From assembly GCA_964016885.1 (NCBI GenBank), contig OZ024745.1, positions 114,266,001 through 114,330,000 on the forward strand: 64,000 nucleotides of DNA. Reading direction: 5' to 3'. Positions 54,421 through 64,000 of the stretch are shown here, piece by piece. Below the pieces are notes generated by a model. That model did no database searches. It worked only from the letters and a program-made list of their open reading frames with translations, and was not told where the DNA came from. Positions within the stretch are counted from its first letter, which is position 1; every line of letters starts with the position of its first letter. The stretch comes from Eledone cirrhosa (taxonomy: Eukaryota). Position numbers and translations under genes: made by a program.

Positions 54421-55444
54421 ATACATACATACATACATACATACATACATACATACATACATACATACATACATACATACATACATACATACATACAGAT
54501 ATTCTCAACGTACATGCGCATGTATACACACAGACACACACGAAGAACGAGTTAGGGGATGAATATAGATATACATAAATATATATTTGTGAGCAGAAAT
54601 GTAAAGACTGTATATTTATTGGTATGTATGTTCTTTTTTCTTTTTTTTTTACTTCGTTGAACACATATAAAGAAAGGGCTGATTCCGAATGTTTAGACAA
54701 AGAATTTTATAGAGTTACATGCTAAACTTTAAAAACGTCTTGCACATTTCCCCTGTTCTACATACAGAGTGAATTTGCGGAATACGCGATAGTTGACCAC
54801 GATGCCTGAAACTAAATATCCTTCAGAACTACTTTAAGGATACATGCATCTAGAGAATGTTCAGACACTTGCACATTAAGTGACGTGAAGGGACGTGACT
54901 TCGTGGCTAGGATGTTCGACTCACTATCGTGAGTTCGGTTTCCGGCGGTGTCATTCACTTTCCAGGTCTGAACACAGTCGATTTTTTTTTCCAGAGAATG
55001 AGAGAGGGTGTGTGGAAGAAACAAAGTGAGAAAGAGAGATAAAGGAAGACTTGACCCCAATCTTGGACTGATATATTTTTTATCGATCTCGAATGCCTTA
55101 CTGTGATGATAGCATGGTGAAGTTTAGTTGTCTCCATTGCCTAATTTCAGGTTCATTCTTAACAAAACGACTAGGCTGAAAGGCCTCCCATCTAAGCGAT
55201 AGCGGAAAAGTAGTTGTTTCTTCTTAGTCCCATGATCCTTTGCCATTCCATTCTGATCTGACCCCGAGGTAATTAATGCCATATGTGTACCCGAAGTAAT
55301 ATAGATTCAGAATAGATTAGTATGCACGACCACAATATCACAATAGCACACACACACACACATACACACATGTAAGATCCGTATGTATTTAATCTAACAT
55401 ACATACATACACACATAAATACACACACACACACGCACATATAT

Positions 55445-56160
55445 ATATATTGTTATATTTGGGGATGCATCGACGAACATGGTACTCTGGTATTTTTGGC
55501 TGTCATACCATAAGTTGGCCTACCCTATCTTTTTCTTAGCCCTTTCTATGCTATTCTATGATTTTCTTCTGTGTAGTGGACAAATTCATATCATTCTCCA
55601 TAATGGTTTTGAATTTAGCCATGGCTCCATTGTAGACCCTAATCTTGTCTCTATCAACCGCATGCAGTTTTCTGGTTGTAACCAGAGTGTCATGTTCGTC
55701 GATGCTACGTCTAGAGGTGAACTAGTGTGTCGTTTTAGAAGCATTTTAGACAAAATAAACCTTAGGTAGTAGAGAAAGTAATAGGGAAACCAGGAGCTTC
55801 CATAAAATCCTATATCAGTAGGGAATACCCCCATTGGAAAACACCCTGTACTGATAGAAACGGTATAGTCTGTAAGTTAAGCCCACAGATAAACTGTAAA
55901 ACTAGGAATGTAGTCTATAGGATATGATGTACAGAGGGACGATTCAGAAACAAGACATACATAGGAGAGACAGCCCGTAGTATAGGAGAGAGAGATTAAA
56001 AGAAGACTGGCGAGAACTTAAGGAAGAGTAAAGCTCATCGGTGCTATACCAACATGCCAAACTAGAACACAAGGGCTTAATAGATAACATAGAAATAATG
56101 ATCCTGTCCACACATAGAAGTGACGCAACAAATTACGGAGGCCACACACGTAATAGAAGA
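55445..56160 (+). mobile_element. Penelope-like element fragment with 5' inversion
   Basis: NQSVMFVDATSRGELVCRFR...CKTRNVVYRI...TYIGETARSIGER (GIY-YIG). Same family as 21480-22830. Confidence 0.8.
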
Positions 56161-59100
56161 GAGAACTAAAATAAATAAATAAATAAATACAAGCCTATCA
56201 GATGCATTGTAGATTAGCATTATTGGCAGTATCGGTAGAGGGTCGGACACCATGCTTTCCAGCATAGTTACGTCCCTTTACGATCTGAGTTCAAATCCAA
56301 CCGAGGTTGACTTTGCCTTTCATCCTTACGGGGTCGATAAAATAAAGTACCAGTAATGCACTGTGTAATTGCTGGCCTTGTGCCTAAAGTAGAAACAATT
56401 ATAACTGGTGAAAACAACGCTGTCATTTCACTTTTGACTCGCTGGGCCTCTCCCACAGGACGTAATGACCCTTTTGAGTCCTTGGCATTGAGTCTTATAT
56501 GTTATCTTCTGAACACTCGCCTGCTTAGTTATAAAAAGTAAGAGTAAAAAATAAAGATAAAATATTCCGCCCTCTCCAGTGTTTCTTTCTCAAGACATTC
56601 CTTTAAAATATCTCTGGTGCTCATTTTACACAGGTATATAATGTTTAACAGTTTATTTCAGGAGACTATGACTAACCTCCCATTGATTGATTACAACTTG
56701 TTCTCATCCAACATAGTTTGCCAGGTGAGTCTACTGCTTTTAATCTTCCTTAATACTTAAGATCTACAATGTTTCGTGTTGCACAGCAACTCTCTCTCTC
56801 TCTCCCTGTTTAAGAATTTGAACTATTAAATATCATTATATATTTTCTAAATGTGAATTCTTTACCAAAAACATTATATAAAAGATTAATTTCAATGATG
56901 TATTTGAATTGAAAAATTTTTTAATTTATTTCACTGAGATGAAATTAAAATTCAAATAAAATGTGAAAATAAATAGTACATTTTCATTCTTTAAAATTTC
57001 GCTTCCAGGTTAACTACATGTTAAATAACCATTAACCAAAGAACAAATCGCAGTAAATTCTATGTCGATATTATTTCGGGAATTTAGGGCGAAATTTAAA
57101 CTTCTTCAGAGATGATATTTCACGAATATTAATATCGGTAACTGCTTCAAGCTGCATTGAAAGATTGAATTAACCTTACCAAGTGTAATGAATTTTTACA
57201 TCTCAAATTTCACAAAGATTATAATTAAAAGTAAAGAAAATTTAGTTAATTAAATAAATCTTTGTAAGTGAGCGAACTTGTATTAGAGAAACTATTTTAG
57301 TGATTCACAAATTCGTACAGGTATCCCGTTTGCTGCTAACTGAAAATACATTGATGTTGTTACTATCCCGTTTTGTTTTCATCAATTCCGAATGTGTGAT
57401 CTGAACTAAAAAACAGTTATCTGGTTAATATAGCAAAAACACGAACTAAGCATTTAGATTTTTAAATATCTAATTTTTATAGGAGAGGATTAGATTAATT
57501 AAAATCGTCGTCAATACATGAATGTATGGACCCATGACACCTGATGGAGGCGTAGGGGAGCCGTCGTAACATACTTTAAACCTGGCCGAGTCTATCCCAT
57601 TCCCAGCTTTAAATACAGTCGATTTCTCCCAGAGAAGGACACAGGGAGAGAGAATCGACTGCAGTACTAGGCGAGTATTCGAAAGGATGTAAGGCAAATA
57701 TGAACTTAGAGAGCCGGAACAAATACCACAAAACATTCTACCCGGCGTATTAACAGCTCTACCATTTCGCCGTCTACTGCTAATATATTACAGATACATA
57801 TTTTAACAAACCAAAATGAAAATGAAAATTTACCTCAGCGAGATTTAAATTCAGATTGAAATATGAAATCAATTAACGTAATGCCTCTAAGTCCAGAGTA
57901 ACTTTCATATAACATCATCCTTAAGGTATTTATATCAACGAATTTGAGATACTGAAAATATCAATTGGTTTCGTAAATAACAACTGGTATTGCAAAGAAA
58001 GTTGCAAGATTTCGGCAAGCTGTGATAGCAATTTCGGCAAGTTGTGATAGCAATTTTAGCAAGTTGTGATAGCAATGTAGTTCCAATTTAACGTGAAGCC
58101 ATATCATATAGTTAACAGTCGAAAGAAATTGAAATTTGCTATATTAACCAGTATCAGTAGAGTGTCAGGCACCATGTTTTGCAGCACAGAGTTATGACCC
58201 TTTGCGTTCTGAGTTCAAATCCCCCTGAGGTTAACTTTGCCTTTCATCCTTACGGGGTCGATAAAATAAAGCACCAGTTATGCACTGGGGTAATTGCTGG
58301 CCTTGTGCCAAAAGTAGAAACAATTATTTATCTAAGGCTAAGACCTATTTCAAAATGAGATACTGTGATGTTCAAGCTTTTCCAAGACATGGACACAATC
58401 ACAGCGTGATTGAAAAGAAACTACATCATCAGCCAATAATATACACTGGTTTGTGGTCTGAAATTCTTAGGAGCATATCTCTTAATTTATCTCATTTTGA
58501 ACTTAAGTTTATATTGGCTTCTTTATATTGCATCTCTACAAATTCGATAAAGTACTTCCTAAGAATATACTAGTGTAGGCACGTGGTCTAAGTGCGTTTA
58601 ACATACGATCATAATGTCCTGGGTACGATTCCAGATTCTTGAGCAAAACACTTCATGGCATGTTGTTCCAGTATTCAATTGTACCACACCGCTACACATA
58701 TTTGGAAGTTACAACTATTACAGTAATTACTTTCCATCGTTTCTTTTAAAATTACTGGGTTTTATAAAGACGATGAACCCGAGGTTCGTCAGCTTTAAGT
58801 TGTTTAAAAGGCATTTATGAATTAACTCCTCTTGGATAACATAAACTCAGACCAAAAGTCTGAGAGAATAAACATCAAATGAGAATTTAAGATCACATTG
58901 TAGTTATTAAAATTAAGTGCACGTAACATAATTTATTTCCGAACTAGACAAAACGTTGTGAACTAAATAATAAATAGACGTGTTAAACAAAGAACTGTGC
59001 TAAATATAAATCGCCTGGAATATTTAGCAAAGGATTTCGTTTTTGCTCGATCAAAAATATCGTTAGAAAAGTAGGTTAAAGAATTTTATTTTTGGAGTGC

Positions 59101-59419
59101 TACTTCAGCTGTTCTCTGAATATTTAATTGGATACAATTCTAAATATTTACATTTGCCCTTGAAGTATGTGAGAATTACTTCATAGATAATCCGATAAGG
59201 ATTGGCGGATCTGGGATGATTGTTGAATCTGATGTAAACTATTTAAATTTTCAGTAGCAGACTGGGCTGTTATTTTACAGACCATCACTTATAAAACGAA
59301 ATTTGATAATACCTTCAAAAGTCAAAACGATGTTGTTTGTTTCGCGTTGGTCTATTTAATTTTCTATTTACTTTTCAACCGTCTGTTGAAAATAAAATCC
59401 ATATATATATATCAAACAT

Positions 59420-59735
59420 ATTGTACCCCTGGCTGTGGAGACTTCAGGTGTCCTTGGCCCTAGGGCTACCTCCCTACTCACCACCATAGGCGCTGAGTTG
59501 GCCAGCCGCAGGTGTGAGCCCCGCGAGTTGGAGTGGCTTTTCCAGCGGGTCTCCCTTGTTGTCCTCTGGGGAAACGCCTTCTCTATTCTGACCGCCGGGG
59601 CTAGGGGGGGGGGGCATCGCGTTTCATTCCATATGTAGTTGTGGTCGGTGTGTGTGTGTTTGTATATATTGCTTTTGTTTTCATTCAGCATCATGTCATT
59701 CTTCATTGCTTTTCTCTAATATTATCTTCCATCTA
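59420..59735 (+). mobile_element. CRE-clade LINE 3' end
   Basis: VPLAVETSGVLGPRATSLLTTIG...EPRELEWLFQRVSLVVLWGNAFSIL matches the CRE-type PxAVETxG...QRxSLAIQRGNA C-terminus. Confidence 0.8.
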
Positions 59736-60199
59736 TATATAATCATGAAAATTTGAATAAATATCTCTCCAGATAACAACTAGTTATCGGACGAAATATT
59801 TTTAAAAAAAAAAAAAATTAAATCAACTTAAAAAAAAAAAATTCTTGGATGGACATGACGTCGCTCCACGCTAACAATGTATGATTGAGTATACTTTGCA
59901 TCTTTTTACACAACAAATTACGAGGCAGCTGCTTTTTTAGAGAACTTTGAAGGCGAATTCATAGTTACGTCTCATATTTTCAGATGAAAACAAATATTTG
60001 CCTTCGGCTCATATTTTACTTTTATTGCGTATGAGAATACGCTTTAACTGTTTAATGTTCAAATAATTACGTATTATTTCACTTATACAACTATTTAGTT
60101 ATCTTCCAAATAACTCTCAAGACAAATTTAATTGTCAGTCAATATTCATGATGCTGACAGTAGTGGACATTACCTCATAAGGATATTTATTTGTAACTA

Positions 60200-60760
60200 G
60201 AAAATTTGGTTAGTGATTAAAGCAAAATTCGGAATCACAGGAACTGATGCAGATCTGCGCCGACAAAAATTACTCCATGGGAGAGTTAATGTTAGTGAGT
60301 CATATTCACGATATGTTGATGCTGTGTGTGTGTGACAATGATAGTGGTAGGGATGGTTTGTGTTCAGATGGTTTCTCGGCGGGTGACCAGCTGAGCTATG
60401 CGATAGTTTTCGAAGTAAGCTGTGCCTTCGTGACTGATATCTGCCATCCTGTCGGATGCTTGTCTGTGCTTTGCAAGTCATTGGATCGATCCGATACGAT
60501 TTCAAGATGGTTTTGAGGGCATTGTTGTACCGCTTACACTGCCCACCCTGTGATCAGCGTCTTGTTTATACGCGACACTTGCCTGATTCTGTACAGTTGT
60601 GCTCCCATCGTGATGAACGATACGTGTGGTGTTGCATCGTTGCAAGCTATCACATTTGTGATCTTGTCCTTTAAGGTAACACCACAGATTTTTCCGAGGT
60701 AGCGCATGTGGAAATGATCCAGCTCCCACTCAAGGTGGGAACAGTGGGTGGCTCATATCC
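60200..60760 (-). mobile_element. RTE-like LINE C-terminal remnant
   Basis: RYNNALKTILKSYRIDP...EGTAYFE resembles RYKDxLKxxLKxxxIDxxxWE...GxxxFE. Confidence 0.55.
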
Positions 60761-62459
60761 GCAATAATTATAATTTTTTCCTCAAACTACCAAAACATAC
60801 ATCTATTTATATATCCGCTAAAATTTATGTACATGTTATGTTTATCACATATCGAAGTTTTCTTACCATTTTAGGGTACAAAGAGCGAAACTAATCACTA
60901 CAACTAAATGGACCAAACTTTCCTCCCTCCACCTCATTTCAAAAATGCTTCCACAACCCCTTGCTATACCCTTGCAAACTAATGCAGCTATCTGTATTTT
61001 AAGTTTATTTTATTCTTGATTTTAGTATATCACAACTTATTTTCTAAGGTATCAATAGATTTTAATAAAACAACTTTATTAGAACAAATAGAGAACAATT
61101 CTCTTTTTTTTTTTTCTATAACTAGTCGGTTATAAATTTTATTTTACCAAGCTGTTTATACAAAAACAAAGCACACTATTAAAGGGAACAAAATATGGGG
61201 GAGAGGGAAGAAAAAGAAAAAAGAATCAAGCAACGAAAGAAGGAAAGAGGAGGGAGGGACAGACACTAATCAAAGTTTTCATGGAATTTTGTTCCACTTA
61301 GAAAGATGTAACTGGATTTTGTTTTTCATTTTAGTTTTCTTAAAAGCATTGTGCAATTCTGAGATTTATCTAATAAAGTAATAGGGGAGAGAGAAACCCC
61401 TTCAAAGCTTGATAATCAAATAAGTCTAGCTACATTTGATGATTGGCAACGACTGTGAAAGGCAAACTAATCTGATGTAATAGACCTTCGTTTTTAAGGA
61501 CATACGAGTAGATGCATATTTCCACAGTATCCTCTTTTCAGTATGGGTGTCAACTTTCAATAATGATACAATTATTTTGCTGTGTTCGAAAGAGAGCAAC
61601 AACTTAACAATTAGTTTTAGTAATGATTGTGAAGGAACAAGATTAAGCTGAAGATAGTGTGAATGACAGAGAAGATATTGTATGGATAAAACTGTGTAGG
61701 CTGACGTTCTTCTCTATTCCAATAATTATCAAATATTATTATAATTCGCATTTTCTTTATTACTTTTAATTCAAGAAACTTAACTGCACCATTTTATTCG
61801 GCAGAATATATAAACACGCTGGAATTTTTAACTACTATCAATCCAGTAGTTAGAAGCAGTCTTCGCTCAAATAAATTCAGCATGTCAAGTAGCTTGTGTA
61901 TCAGCTTAGTGTCCCATTTATTTCTCATGTCTTCTGACGATGCAACGGGTTACGACTAAAATTAGCAAGACTGACTATTATTTTCTAACTCAACTTATTT
62001 TCTATTGCTCACTCCTTTAAATATGTTAATATGTTAACACGAAAGTATTTCTAGATAATTGTCTATTTTTTTTATTTTTTTTTATTTTGGTGACACATAT
62101 CTCATATATCCATAACCAAATTTTAATTTTCCTGCTGTATTTTGATCTCCCATATAACTTCTTTTGATGTCGTTGACATTGCTTTTATCGCAGTTGTTGT
62201 GTGGGATTTATTGCCTCTCAAAGATTGCTTTTTTTTTACATCTTATTATCGTTACGCATCTCTTCAGATTTGCTATTTGTTTGCCAACAGCCATAAACAA
62301 GAGCCCACAACTGAATTCTGTTAGCTTGGCAAAAACAAAGCCTCTCATATTTATAATGGAAGAAAATAATAGGATGTTGTGATGTGTATGTCTTTACTAA
62401 AGGCATTAAATGTGCGAAGTGGTTCGAATTGAAGAGCTTTTCACCAAATGTAATGTTCA

Positions 62460-62815
62460 TCTTTGAATCAGCAACCGGCAACGAGAAGAAGCTCCAGGTT
62501 TTCTCCCTCCTAGTGGAGGAACCCTTCCCTGGTTGATCTTCACTGCTTTTTGTTTGGTTTTGGTCATGTCTGGGGTGTAGCCGTACTCACCACGCTTGTT
62601 CAATTGCAAGTTGGTGCGGCTGCTTAAACCATAGTTTGAATGGATGGCTATTGGCTCTGAGGAGTTCATCCACCCTTTTAACAGCTCTTTTTTTTTTTTT
62701 GGCTAATGGAGTTCCACTTACTCTCCTCGCCCGACCAGGCTCTGGTGGAGGAGCCGGTTTAGTCACCGACCACACGACCATGAAGCAGGTTGCATTGGGT
62801 TACATGTAACAATAG
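62460..62815 (-). mobile_element. Probable RTE-like LINE 5' region
   Basis: GC-richer island, MTKTKQK start, GAGCCTGGTCGGGCGAG motif. Weak recognition only. Confidence 0.3.
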
Positions 62816-64000
62816 CAGGCAGAAGCCTGATCTGGCATCATTAAATATGTCATTGATCTGAGTTCAAATCCCGCCGAGGTTAACTTTGCCTTTCATCCTT
62901 ACGGGGTCGATAAAATAAAGTACCAGTAATGCACTGGAATAATTGCTGGCCTTGTGCCAAAAGTAGAAACAATTAAATATGTCATTTCATTCAAATGAGA
63001 AACATTTTAACCTTATAATATCATATTTCCTTTAATGAATATGGCTAATTATGAATTATTAAATACTGATATTTATATTTGACTTCCCTTATATTATACA
63101 TATCATTATACCGACTCAATCGCGATGAAAAACAATGTTGACTCTAGTGAAATGTGAACCATGAAAAACAGTATTTGTTTTTTTGGCGATTTCTACCGCT
63201 GCAGCTAAACATAAAAAATCCACTGGGTGTCATTATAACCCTTGAAATAATTGTTTCTACTTTAGGCACAAGGCCAGCAATTACCTAGTGCATTACTGGT
63301 ACTTTATTTTATCGACCCCGTAAGGATGAAAGGCAAAGTCAACCTCGGCGGGATTTGAACTCAGATCGTAAAGGGACGTAACTATGCTGGAAAGCATGGC
63401 GTCCGATATGATATATATATATATATATATGAACGCGTAACTCCTGATGGAGCCGTAGGGGTACTGCAAAGCATTCTATCCGACGTTCTAACGACTCTGC
63501 CAATTCGCCGCCAAAGTTTTATGAAAGGCTACCCTTAAATAGTGTAAGTATATTCTTTACTATAGGCTGAACAGTATATATTTTCCATAGCAAAACATAA
63601 CGAAAATTTAAGCACTGGGGTCGATTTAATCGACTTTCTCCTTCCCCAAAATTGCTGGCGTTGTGCCTAAATCAGAAACCAATATTATTAAACTGCATAA
63701 GGGTGGTGGATTAATAATATCGGTAGAACGTCGGACATTCTTTGCGGCATATAGTTACAGCCCTTAACGTTCTGAGTTCAGATCCCGCAGAGGTTAGCTT
63801 TGCCATTCATCCTTACAGGATCGATAAAATAAAGTACCAGTAACGCACTGGGGGTCAACTTAGTCGACTTTCCCATTTCCTCTCAAATTGCTGGCCTTGT
63901 ACCAAAGGTGGAAAGAAGAAAATACTAGACAGAGATAACCAAGTATAAAAGTCTTTGTAGAATGTCACATACTTCTTAATCATTAACTCTCCTTTTTACT

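Overview
AT-rich, microsatellite-dense eukaryotic genomic DNA. The SINE/LINE content suggests an octopus or other coleoid cephalopod (inference). The only host gene I can support is the 3' part of phosphoacetylglucosamine mutase (PGM3/AGM1): six phase-consistent GT-AG coding exons on the + strand from 305 to 11226, including the RAFVRPSGTEDVVRVY motif. The rest is mostly decayed transposable elements: tRNA-derived SINEs (two families), RTE, CR1, CRE, R4/Dong and RNase H-bearing LINE remnants, several Penelope-like (RT + GIY-YIG) elements, two Helitrons, and mariner and piggyBac-type MITEs. Most notable observations: (1) a near full-length CR1-type LINE whose AUG-less ORF2 overlaps ORF1 in the -1 frame exactly at a G_GGA_AAC slippery site; (2) several minimal hammerhead-ribozyme motifs in short cassettes embedded in (TA)n tracts; (3) repeated near-perfect fold-back hairpins at retroelement junctions. 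Boundaries of degraded elements are approximate. All homology calls come from motif recognition, not database searches.
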